A stretch of 64,000 nt of DNA, taken from assembly GCA_943350045.1 (NCBI GenBank), contig CALQZW010000001.1, positions 9,760 through 73,759 on the forward strand, written 5' to 3'. A model generated the notes under the pieces. It did not search any database, was not told where the DNA came from, and was given only the letters and a program-made list of their open reading frames with translations. Shown here one piece after another: positions 9,223-17,464 of this stretch. The stretch's first letter is position 1. Every line of letters starts with the position of its first letter. This DNA is from Candidatus Nomurabacteria bacterium. Lineage in GTDB: Bacteria > Patescibacteriota > Minisyncoccia > Phycocordibacterales > UBA9973. Position numbers and translations under genes: made by a program.

Positions 9223-9354
9223 TTAAATACTGCTACTTTGCCATTGAGGCCATGTGCCGTCGGCAAGCATTCCTCCAACACAGCGATACCATCCCGTATA
9301 TCCGGTTGCGTTGTATTCGTATTCGTACGAGCCAATTCTTTGCCAAGAAGTCAT
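9223..9354 (-). CDS. Putative 43-aa peptide resembling degenerate cell-wall/choline-binding repeats
   Basis: MTSWQRIGSYEYEYNATGYTGWYRCVGGMLADGTWPQWQSSSI; preceded by the TTCATTC-A-rich leader seen before other ORFans. Confidence 0.35.
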   Translation of the reverse strand: MTSWQRIGSYEYEYNATGYTGWYRCVGGMLADGTWPQWQSSSI

Positions 9355-9389
9355 ATTATTTTTTTTCGAATGAATAAATTTTTGCGAGG

Positions 9390-9683
9390 TTATTTCTGAA
9401 GCCATGTTTGCATCGTCCAGCCATTTTTAGAACTTATGACAAAAGCGCCTTCTGGCTTGGTGGAAATATTTTCTGCATAGAATACGCGCATAGACTTATA
9501 ACTTCTTGAAGAGGTAATAAAGTCTGTTTTTACTGTCTCTGCTTCCACGCCTATTTTTTCAGAAAAAATCTTCGTCTGCTCGGTGAGCATCTTAATGATA
9601 TTTTCCACAAAAAATGATGTATCGGTGTAGCCCGCAACCCAGAATGCGATTTTCTCGCTCTCGGAAAAAAATAAGTCTTTCAT
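9390..9683 (-). CDS. Hypothetical protein
   Basis: 97-aa ORF with TTGACT/TATAAT promoter near 9780-9811 and a structured leader. Confidence 0.6.
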   Translation of the reverse strand: MKDLFFSESEKIAFWVAGYTDTSFFVENIIKMLTEQTKIFSEKIGVEAETVKTDFITSSRSYKSMRVFYAENISTKPEGAFVISSKNGWTMQTWLQK

Positions 9684-9856
9684 AATTATTCAGTTTTTGT
9701 TTAAGAGTGAGCGCAAAGGGCCGATCTGTGACCCGCTTCGCTCACCCCACAAAAACTTATGTTAAATAAGCTATTAATTATTATAATAGCATAATATATA
9801 TATTTAGTCAAGTATCTAAAACTGGCGATATCATACACCGCATACACTTTTTGCTC

Positions 9857-9876
9857 CGAACTTGGGACGATGTTCG
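9857..9876. repeat. att-like palindromic repeat, copy 1
   Basis: CGAACTTGGGACGATGTTCG. Confidence 0.8.
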
Positions 9877-9936
9877 AACGGAGATAGCAAAAGACCAACT
9901 GTAGAAGTGGGTCTTTAAATTTCATTTAGTCTCTTG

Positions 9937-10392
9937 CTATTCAGCAATTATTATTCTTTTGCTCTGTATCTGACAACCAGCCGAATGAATCGAAAGACTG
10001 AACGCTCGAGAACCACTCACGTCTTTCAGTTCCTGACCAATCGTGGCAGATTCATAGAATTCCTTTGATACTGGAATTTCAAAACTTGCGTTAGCTGTTG
10101 TGAACTCCAGTCCTCTTCGAATTGAAACTTTTAATCCGAGAATGTAAGCAATCTTATTACCGCCTACCTCTGCCTCCTGAAGTTGCACTTTATTCGCAAT
10201 TTCAAGATTCTGAGCATTTAAGTATTCATTTTTTTCGTTAAGTTTTTGCAAGAGGGTTTGCTTGCTAGTAATTTCCGAATCAAGCATTTCTCGTTGACTA
10301 TTGAGTCTTGCCACATCTTCCGAGGTTGTATTGCAAGAAAAAAGCGAGAGAATTCCTAAACACGTAATACTATAGAAAAAACTTTTTTTCAT
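9937..10392 (-). CDS. Hypothetical lipoprotein with coiled coil
   Basis: Lipobox-like SLFSC after hydrophobic stretch; heptad region. Confidence 0.65.
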   Translation of the reverse strand: MKKSFFYSITCLGILSLFSCNTTSEDVARLNSQREMLDSEITSKQTLLQKLNEKNEYLNAQNLEIANKVQLQEAEVGGNKIAYILGLKVSIRRGLEFTTANASFEIPVSKEFYESATIGQELKDVSGSRAFSLSIHSAGCQIQSKRIIIAE

Positions 10393-10427
10393 AAGAACAT
10401 TTTTTTTGAAAGTTAGAAAATTTATTT

Positions 10428-10447
10428 CGAACTTGGGATGATATTCG
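10428..10447. repeat. att-like palindromic repeat, copy 2
   Basis: CGAACTTGGGATGATATTCG. Confidence 0.8.
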
Positions 10448-10513
10448 AAACACTACAGTGAATAGAAAATAAAAAGATCAGCGTGTATTGCTGATCTTTA
10501 GTTTTAAACCTGC

Positions 10514-11059
10514 TTAATTTGCATACTTATAGAAATAATCAAGAAAATTACCTTCGTTGCAAGTGATGATATTTTTTATATCCTCTACCTTATTCTCCAA
10601 GATTTCTTCACAACTGAGACCCCTGCAAATCTTCCTTACGAGCTCTTCGATTACAAATGAATCAATTTCGCTCGAGATAAATTTCTCGTCGGCTCCAGGG
10701 TTTTCTTGTGTTATCTTTGGAACCACATTTTCTTTTAGAAGGGAATGTTGTATAAAAAATTCTTTTGATATAACAAAATTTGGATTTTTATTCTGCACTC
10801 TGAATCTTACTTCACGAGCGGCGATTCCAAATAGTCTTTCTTGGGACACAGTGGATAGCCTGCTAATATTTCTCGTTACAACTACGTAATAATCCTCTTC
10901 TGTTGAGTAACATGCGTAGGTTGTATCATCTCCCCATTTTTTGTCGTTAAATGCAATAGTATGCACGTGGGTTGTGTCGTTGCTAAATACTATTTGATCA
11001 AGAACGGTTATTCTTATAACCAATTCTTCTGCGATTGCTTGTATTTCTGTTGTGTCCAT
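10514..11059 (-). CDS. Hypothetical protein
   Basis: 181-aa ORF; IAAREVRFRVQ resembles a decayed HExxH helix. Confidence 0.6.
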   Translation of the reverse strand: MDTTEIQAIAEELVIRITVLDQIVFSNDTTHVHTIAFNDKKWGDDTTYACYSTEEDYYVVVTRNISRLSTVSQERLFGIAAREVRFRVQNKNPNFVISKEFFIQHSLLKENVVPKITQENPGADEKFISSEIDSFVIEELVRKICRGLSCEEILENKVEDIKNIITCNEGNFLDYFYKYAN

Positions 11060-11155
11060 TTATTTAGTTTTTGTGGTTACTAGAGAAACCTCCAGTTGCT
11101 CTAGTAACCACAAAAAGGTGTCAAAAAACGCATTTGGATAGATACTACAACAATA

Positions 11156-11692
11156 TTAAGTTTTGTCAAACTTTTGCTCTTGAGATTTTAAGCTATGTAA
11201 AAAATTCCGCTCGTCTTTTATGCTTTTAATAATTATCACCTTCTTTGTTTCTTTGTAGGGTAATATTTTTGCATACTGGTCGGCGGTTGGAGAGTTTAGG
11301 GCAAATTGTATGTCTTTCCATGTGAAAGGATATTTTTGTTTGTTATTACCTCCCATGTCCGGACGGACTTTATTGTAATACTTGAAATATCGTTTTGTCT
11401 GTCTCCAGAGTGTAAGCCATAGGGGTAGGTCATAAAAAACAATAGTATCGGCTTCAGCTATACGCATATCAAAAGTTTTAGACCGATGCATGCTTCCGTC
11501 AATTATCCAACGAGGTTCTTGGAGGATTTTTGAAACAGCTTCTATACCTTCCGCTTGAGAGGCGAATACCTGATTATCTTTCCAAAAAATCTTATCTAAG
11601 TGGTAAACAGGAATATTAAGAATCTTACCTATTTTATTGGAGAGGGTTGTCTTTCCTGATGCTGTGCCCCCGCAAATAGTTATTTTATTCAT
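11156..11692 (-). CDS. Topology modulation protein (FlaR)/adenylate-kinase-like P-loop protein
   Basis: KITICGGTASGKTTL...IPVYHLDKIFW...WIIDG...RPDMG. Confidence 0.85.
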   Translation of the reverse strand: MNKITICGGTASGKTTLSNKIGKILNIPVYHLDKIFWKDNQVFASQAEGIEAVSKILQEPRWIIDGSMHRSKTFDMRIAEADTIVFYDLPLWLTLWRQTKRYFKYYNKVRPDMGGNNKQKYPFTWKDIQFALNSPTADQYAKILPYKETKKVIIIKSIKDERNFLHSLKSQEQKFDKT

Positions 11693-11769
11693 GTGGAGTA
11701 AGTATACCAAAAATCCTGAAACCTACTGATGTAAAAAACAGCGCTGTGTAGGCTGTTTTTTGAGTGCTC

Positions 11770-11789
11770 CGAACTTGGGATGATGTTCG
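11770..11789. repeat. att-like palindromic repeat, copy 3
   Basis: CGAACTTGGGATGATGTTCG, arms extend to CTCCGAAC/GTTCGGAG. Confidence 0.8.
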
Positions 11790-11864
11790 GAGTGCTATTC
11801 TGGGCAAATAAAAAAGGTTAACCAAAGAAGGGTAACCTTTTCATGAAATTTATTCTATTCAAAT

Positions 11865-12053
11865 CTATTCACAGCTTTCGCGCGCGAGGTCTCTTGCTTT
11901 GTTTCTGCATTCCGCACTGTCACAACAAGCAATTGCTGCGTTTTTGTTTTTATTTTCACACGTGGCTTTTGATAAAGCTGTGTTTGGGCAAAATGTACAC
12001 TTTTCCTTTTTTTCGTTGGTGTGTGAGATAAAACTCACTTTGATTTTTCCCAT
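11865..12053 (-). CDS. Small Cys-rich (putative Zn-binding) protein
   Basis: CTFC...CCDSAEC; own promoter (TTGACT..TATTAT) and terminator. Confidence 0.55.
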   Translation of the reverse strand: MGKIKVSFISHTNEKKEKCTFCPNTALSKATCENKNKNAAIACCDSAECRNKARDLARESCE

Positions 12054-12178
12054 GACGCTGTCTATTTAATTGGTTATCACAAGTCCCAACAGTACCTCTG
12101 AAAACCAATCAAATACCACGTTTAAGAAACACTATTGTAAAAGATAATAGCATATTTTATATAAAAGTCAATACGATG

Positions 12179-12250
12179 CTCCCCCGGCAGGGATCGAACC
12201 TGCGACCAATCGATTAACAGTCGATTGCTCTACCGCTGAGCTACAGGGGA
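12179..12250 (-). tRNA. tRNA-Asn(GTT)
   Basis: TCCCCTGTAGCTCAGCGGTAGAGC...CT-GTT-AA...GGTTCGATCCC...GGGGAG cloverleaf. Confidence 0.97.
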
Positions 12251-12307
12251 ATATTCATATACAAATGAACTCCCATATAGTATCAAAAATGGTGGTAAAA
12301 TACAAGA

Positions 12308-12526
12308 ATGTATATTCGAGTCCATGCAGTGGCCGGCAGTCGGCGGGAGAGCGTAAAACAGGAGAGTCCTGGAGTGTATGCTGTAACAGTCCGTGAGCCT
12401 GCAGAGCGCAACCTGGCGAACACGCGCATTCGAGAACTGCTTGCCGGGGAGCTGAAAGTTCCTGTTGGTGCCGTGCGGATTATAAACGGTCATCATGGTC
12501 CAACAAAACTATTTTCCATTCTGTAG
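12308..12526 (+). CDS. DUF167 (YggU) family protein
   Basis: VREPAERNLANTRIRELLA...VRIINGHHGPTK. Confidence 0.85.
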   Translation: MYIRVHAVAGSRRESVKQESPGVYAVTVREPAERNLANTRIRELLAGELKVPVGAVRIINGHHGPTKLFSIL

Positions 12527-12539
12527 AAGTTCGCCTGAG

Positions 12540-13385
12540 TTAGTTTTTCTGAAAGTCAGCAAATGACATTTCCTTTTTTCCTTCTGGGAGAACTTTTTCA
12601 ATTACAAATTTCTCATCGGCGAAATGTGCCTGCGTGATGATGACGCGAAGTGGCTTGCTGTCCTTTTCGGTGAAGAAGAAGGCGCGAGGCCACTCTTTGT
12701 ATGCGCGGTACTTTCTGTGCGCGAGCGCCTGGTCTCCGTGTATGTCTATTTCCGCATCAGCTTTCTGAATTTTTCCGCAGTGGGTCGCGAGTGTTTCGTC
12801 CTGTTCGCGAGGAAAAATTTCTCCTCGAATTATTTTCGGCAGTGTTGCGACTAAAAGTTGTGCTCCGATTGCCGTGAGGCGAGCGCGGAGAAGAGGAGTG
12901 GTTTCTTCTGTGCCGATATGTACCACCTCTTCGGCAATCACTGGCCCAGTATCGAGCTTTTTTCGCATTATTTGAATTGATACACCTGTCTCTGTATCTC
13001 CGGCTAAAATTGCAGCTTCTGTGGGAGACGCTCCGCGATATTTTGGGAGGAGGGAATAGTGCACATTTATAGTCTGGTGCTTTGGAAGGGAAATGAAGCG
13101 CTCGGGAATGATTGATCCGTATGCCACAACGACGCTCAGGTCGAGATTCATTTTTTCCAGTTCGGCAAACGTCTCGTCGGTGAGTTTTTCTGTTTGAAGC
13201 ACTGGTATCCCATGTTGCTCGGCCCACACTTTTGTTGCTGGGGCAGTGAGTGTCATATGGCGCCCTACTGGACGGTCTGGATTAGTTACAATAACTACAG
13301 GAAGCATCCCAGAGGCCTTAAGGGCTTCTAGGTAGCTGATTGTGAGCTCTGGAGTACCCCAGAATGCTATACGTGGTGTAGACAT
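12540..13385 (-). CDS. fmt: Methionyl-tRNA formyltransferase
   Basis: FWGTP, VTNPDRPVGR, INVHYSLLPKYRGASP. Confidence 0.97.
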   Translation of the reverse strand: MSTPRIAFWGTPELTISYLEALKASGMLPVVIVTNPDRPVGRHMTLTAPATKVWAEQHGIPVLQTEKLTDETFAELEKMNLDLSVVVAYGSIIPERFISLPKHQTINVHYSLLPKYRGASPTEAAILAGDTETGVSIQIMRKKLDTGPVIAEEVVHIGTEETTPLLRARLTAIGAQLLVATLPKIIRGEIFPREQDETLATHCGKIQKADAEIDIHGDQALAHRKYRAYKEWPRAFFFTEKDSKPLRVIITQAHFADEKFVIEKVLPEGKKEMSFADFQKN

Positions 13386-13388
13386 AGC

Positions 13389-13943
13389 TTATTCAATATC
13401 TTCTGGTACTTGCCCTGGAGCAACATTACGAGCGTTGTCTATGAACAAGATGCCGTTTAGGTGGTCTGTCTCGTGCTGGAAAATGTGAGCAAGTAGTCCT
13501 CCGGCACCACGGGTAAATGACTGGCCGGTTTCGTCGAGCGCAGTAATTGTTGCGTTCGTAGAGCGTTGAACTTCGCCCCACAGCGGGCGAACGGAAAGAC
13601 AGCCTTCGTGCATCCATTTCTTTGTTTTAGAAAGTTTTGTGATGACTGGATTTATGAACACAACGTCATCATGTGTCGGTTCTTCTCCTTCGGGAATACC
13701 AACTCCACGATGGAAGCGAGAATCAAAGATGCGACCAGAGACGACAAAGATGCGCATTGACGCACCGATTTGCGGAGCGGCAATGGCTACTCCGTCGGCC
13801 TGTGCTTTGAGTGCAGTCTTCATGTCACGAATGACTTTCTTTACTTTTGCACTTGCTATTTCGGTAGGAGAAAGCTCCTTCGCGATTGCGCGAAGGACTG
13901 GGTCTCCATTTTGAACTATTGGTATACGTGCTGGGCGTGTCAT
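13389..13943 (-). CDS. def: Peptide deformylase
   Basis: GVAIAAPQIG, EGCLS, QHETDHLNG. Confidence 0.97.
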   Translation of the reverse strand: MTRPARIPIVQNGDPVLRAIAKELSPTEIASAKVKKVIRDMKTALKAQADGVAIAAPQIGASMRIFVVSGRIFDSRFHRGVGIPEGEEPTHDDVVFINPVITKLSKTKKWMHEGCLSVRPLWGEVQRSTNATITALDETGQSFTRGAGGLLAHIFQHETDHLNGILFIDNARNVAPGQVPEDIE

Positions 13944-15257
13944 TTACTTCAATGATTTCATGTAGTCTGCAAGGTCCTTGTGTTTGATTATCTCCTGAGA
14001 ACGAGTGTTCATGTTGCGAACGATGACTGTTCCGTCGAGTGCTTCTTTCTGTCCGAAGATGATTGTGTACGGTGCACCAGATTTCTCTGCCATACCAAGC
14101 TGTGCTCCGAGAGAGTCTTTTGAGAGCGCTTGAATCATTGGAATGTGTCCCTTGCGGAGAATTTCAATTACGTTGAGACTCTTTAGTTTTGCTTCAAAGC
14201 CAAGCTGGATGAAGTACACTTTTGGTTTCTTCATGATACGTGGAGTGTGCTTGCTGTACCATGGCATCATAAGGAGACGATCTACTCCGATTGCTGCTCC
14301 CATTGCAGAAACATCTTTCTTTGAACCGAGCTGTTTTGCGAGATAGTCGTAGCGACCTCCTCCGGCGATTGCCATTGGTGCAGAGTCTTCACCCATATCA
14401 ACGACAACTTCAAATACAGTGCGGGAATAATAGGAGAGTCCGCGTACGAGGTTTTTGTTTATAGTATACGAAACCTTCATTTCCTCGAGGTGTTCAAGTA
14501 CTTCTTTGAAGTGCTTCTTACAGCCAGGGCAGAGGAAAGAAACAGACTCTGGTGCTCCTGCGTTTATCTCAATTGTCTTCTCTTCTTTTGAATCAAGAAT
14601 GCGAAGTGGGTTTGTCTTGAGGCGTTCACGATCGAGCGCAGGGAGTGCATTGAGGTGCTTTTTGTAATATGTAGTGAGTTCACGAACATATCCTCCCCGA
14701 CATTCTTTACAGCCGATTGAGTTAATGTCTACAGAAATCGCCGGTGCTCCACTTTCAGTAATGATTGTAGTGAGTGTCTTGATTACGAGAGCATCTACGA
14801 TACTTTTTTCACTACCGAGTGCGTCGAGATCAAACTGGTAAAACTGGCGCCAGCGTCCTTTCTGTGGGTTGTCGTGGCGGAATGTTGGTCCGTATTGATA
14901 GAAGAGCAGTGGCTGTGGCTGAGCGTTCATTCCGTTTTCGATATATGAACGCATGAGTGACGCAGTGTGTTCTGGGCGAAGCGCAAGGTGGTCTCCGCCT
15001 TTTGTGCGAAGGGTATACATTTCCTTGTCGATGATGTCTGTTCCTTCTCCGATTCCTGAAGTGAAGACGTCTTCGTGTTCGAGCATTGGAGTTTCAATTG
15101 GCTTGAAGCCGTAGTACATAGCTACCTCTTGCGCCTTCTCGAAGAATCCCTGAAAGAGATAGTACTCGTCGCCCATGATGTCGCGCATTCCTTTTGGTGC
15201 TCCGAGTTCACGAACTTTTTTTGCTTTCGCGGGTGCTTTTACTTTTGGTGTAGACAT
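13944..15257 (-). CDS. hisS: Histidine--tRNA ligase
   Basis: PKGMRD, LRPEHT, PQKGRWRQF, LVRGLSYY, GGGRYD. Confidence 0.97.
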   Translation of the reverse strand: MSTPKVKAPAKAKKVRELGAPKGMRDIMGDEYYLFQGFFEKAQEVAMYYGFKPIETPMLEHEDVFTSGIGEGTDIIDKEMYTLRTKGGDHLALRPEHTASLMRSYIENGMNAQPQPLLFYQYGPTFRHDNPQKGRWRQFYQFDLDALGSEKSIVDALVIKTLTTIITESGAPAISVDINSIGCKECRGGYVRELTTYYKKHLNALPALDRERLKTNPLRILDSKEEKTIEINAGAPESVSFLCPGCKKHFKEVLEHLEEMKVSYTINKNLVRGLSYYSRTVFEVVVDMGEDSAPMAIAGGGRYDYLAKQLGSKKDVSAMGAAIGVDRLLMMPWYSKHTPRIMKKPKVYFIQLGFEAKLKSLNVIEILRKGHIPMIQALSKDSLGAQLGMAEKSGAPYTIIFGQKEALDGTVIVRNMNTRSQEIIKHKDLADYMKSLK

Positions 15258-15286
15258 ATATGTGAATACTAAGTGGTGGTAATGTT

Positions 15287-15856
15287 TTATGAATTTATCT
15301 CATGCGCTCCTGGAAATACATCGAATGCTGAAACAGGGAAGAGTCTGAGAAAGGCGCGTCCGATAATATTCTTTTCTGGAAGAAGTCCCCAGCGACGAGA
15401 GTCGTAACTTGCGGGTCTGTTGTCTCCCATTACGAAGTAATTTCCTTCAGTAACTACTGTTGTAGATTCGGTAGAGAGTGGGTCGGCAGTGATGTAGTCT
15501 TCTGTAAGAACGATTCCGTCGGGGTGTGTTGTGTTTGAAAGTGTAACAACTCCGTTTTTTACATGGATTGTGTCTCCTGGGATTCCGACGATGCGTTTAA
15601 TAAGGAATACTGTCTTGTCGTATGGAGGGCGAAAGACAATAACATCGCCACGCTGAGGTCCGTTGAATCGGTAAGAGATTTCATCGATGATGAGGTAGTC
15701 TTTGTTGGCAAAAGTAGGAACCATTGAAGTGCCTGAGACGATGAAGGGCTGGGCAATATACGTGCGTACAACGAACACGATAGCTATAACAATAGCGGCG
15801 AAGCGGATGAACTCGCCAGCACTCTTAAAGAACTCAGACTTAGGTTGTGTTTCCAT
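15287..15856 (-). CDS. lepB: Signal peptidase I
   Basis: SGTSMVPT, IKRIVGIPGD, GDNRPASYDSR. Confidence 0.95.
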   Translation of the reverse strand: METQPKSEFFKSAGEFIRFAAIVIAIVFVVRTYIAQPFIVSGTSMVPTFANKDYLIIDEISYRFNGPQRGDVIVFRPPYDKTVFLIKRIVGIPGDTIHVKNGVVTLSNTTHPDGIVLTEDYITADPLSTESTTVVTEGNYFVMGDNRPASYDSRRWGLLPEKNIIGRAFLRLFPVSAFDVFPGAHEINS

Positions 15857-15953
15857 GGGGCAATTATACTATGCAATAGTACTTGACACCAACACAAACT
15901 ACGTTGCAAAGTAAAATACTGAATTTTTTCTGCGTCTCCTGTATACTACTGTC

Positions 15954-16541
15954 ATGATTACGGTAGTAGGACTTGGAAATCCCGGAGAAGAATATGCACA
16001 GACTCGGCACAATGCTGGGCGAATTGTTTTAGAGTCGCTTGCGCGCGAGTTTTCTTTTTCGGACTGGCGCAGTGATTTGAAAACTCGCGCGCTTATCTGC
16101 AAAGGAACTATGTCTACTGCCACACTACAGTTTGTGTTGCCTGATAATTTCATGAACAATTCTGGTGGAAGTGTGAAGCCGTTTGTGAAAACAGACACAG
16201 ATTTGGAAAAGATTGTCGTCGTCTATGACGATATTGATTTACCGATTGGTACGATGAAGGTTTCGTTTGATAGAGGTACTGGCGGACACAATGGTCTCGG
16301 ATCAATCATGCAGGTACTGGGTACTGGTGCATTTTTACGTGTACGTGTTGGTATTTGTCCAGTAACTCCAGAGGGAGAGATGAATAAGCCAAAAGGCGAG
16401 GGAGCTACCGCGGACTTCGTACTCAAAAACTTTAAGTCGGCGGAGATGGAAGCGCTTGCCTCTGTGACGGAAAAAGTTCGCGATGCCTTGGTTGTGTACG
16501 CAAAGGAAGGGAAGGAGAGGGTGATGAATGTGTTTAATTAA
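15954..16541 (+). CDS. pth: Peptidyl-tRNA hydrolase
   Basis: VGLGNPG, TRHNAG, FMNNSG, GGHNG. Confidence 0.97.
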   Translation: MITVVGLGNPGEEYAQTRHNAGRIVLESLAREFSFSDWRSDLKTRALICKGTMSTATLQFVLPDNFMNNSGGSVKPFVKTDTDLEKIVVVYDDIDLPIGTMKVSFDRGTGGHNGLGSIMQVLGTGAFLRVRVGICPVTPEGEMNKPKGEGATADFVLKNFKSAEMEALASVTEKVRDALVVYAKEGKERVMNVFN

Positions 16542-16543
16542 TC

Positions 16544-17098
16544 ATGTCTGAAACAGTCCTATTACTATTTTCAGTATTCTTGCTCATTGCTGGTTTTGTT
16601 TTTATCATATTTTTTACTCTCAGGGATGTAATAACACGCAGAGCTCCTTTTATCTCAACACGAAGCAACATTCTCGCAGATATAGTTTCATTGCTTCAGT
16701 TACAAGACGGCTCAGTCGTATATGATTTAGGATGTGGCGACGGTCGCGTTCTTCGTGAGGCCGTGCAAAGAAATCCTGGTAAAAATATTAGAGGGGTAGG
16801 GATAGAGTCTTCGGTGTGGCCGTATATCCTTGCTCGATGGAAGAGTCGAGGACTCTCAATTATCATTCGTCCTGAAAATTTATACACGGCAAATTTTCAG
16901 GACGCTACTCATCTATATCTCTACTTATTCCCTCATGTGTTAAAAGACATCGAACCGCTGATTCTTGCTCAGTGCAAGGCGGGGACGCGGATTGTCTCGT
17001 GTGATTTTCAGTTTCCGAGTCTAAAGCCAGAGAGAGTTGTTGAGATCCCGCACGGGAAATATCAGTTGGGTCGGAAGCTTTTTGTATATGAAATATGA
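16544..17098 (+). CDS. Membrane-anchored class I SAM-dependent methyltransferase
   Basis: N-terminal TM; APFIST; VYDLGCGDGR. Confidence 0.85.
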   Translation: MSETVLLLFSVFLLIAGFVFIIFFTLRDVITRRAPFISTRSNILADIVSLLQLQDGSVVYDLGCGDGRVLREAVQRNPGKNIRGVGIESSVWPYILARWKSRGLSIIIRPENLYTANFQDATHLYLYLFPHVLKDIEPLILAQCKAGTRIVSCDFQFPSLKPERVVEIPHGKYQLGRKLFVYEI

Positions 17099-17151
17099 AA
17101 AGAGCTACTCAATTGAGTAGCTCTAAATTTTGCAGATTTCTTGATAAAGAA

Positions 17152-17361
17152 TTATTTCTTCTTCTTATTTTTTTCTTGATTCTTTATTTCATCCGCAAGG
17201 CGCTGTTGGCTTCCGGCAGCATATCCTCTTTGATACTCGTTTCTTGATTCTTTTTGATCAGAGCTTTTTTGTCCAAATATCTCTTTGGTTATACTGTAAG
17301 ATGGAGGTGATGCCTTTCTTCCTTTCTTTCCATCGTTGAAACCATTTTCAAAATATCCCAT
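17152..17361 (-). CDS. Small basic protein with Rmf/CrpP-like aromatic-Gly pattern
   Basis: YFENGFNDGKKG...RNEYQRGYAAG; own promoter and terminator. Confidence 0.5.
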   Translation of the reverse strand: MGYFENGFNDGKKGRKASPPSYSITKEIFGQKSSDQKESRNEYQRGYAAGSQQRLADEIKNQEKNKKKK

Positions 17362-17408
17362 TTGTTAAAATTTAGTTACTTATATTTTACATATAAATAT
17401 ATAAAAGT

Positions 17409-17447
17409 AAACCCCCGCCCGCAGGCGAAGCCTGCGGGCGGGGGTTT
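17409..17447. terminator. Strong GC hairpin/terminator after rpsA
   Basis: AAACCCCCGCCCGCAGGC-GAA-GCCTGCGGGCGGGGGTTT, 18-bp perfect stem. Confidence 0.8.
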
Positions 17448-17464
17448 GTGAGATTCAAAAGAAA

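Noticed and set aside
9857-11789. The three repeats as a CRISPR array
   Set aside because: They are 571 and 1342 bp apart with whole genes in between, and there are no cas1 or effector genes.
9684-12115. Leader hairpins as classical integron attC sites
   Set aside because: No clear RYYYAAC/GTTRRRY ends with the expected bulges, and no intI in the window.
17409-17447. GC-rich palindrome as REP/MITE
   Set aside because: Single copy in the window, positioned as the rpsA terminator.
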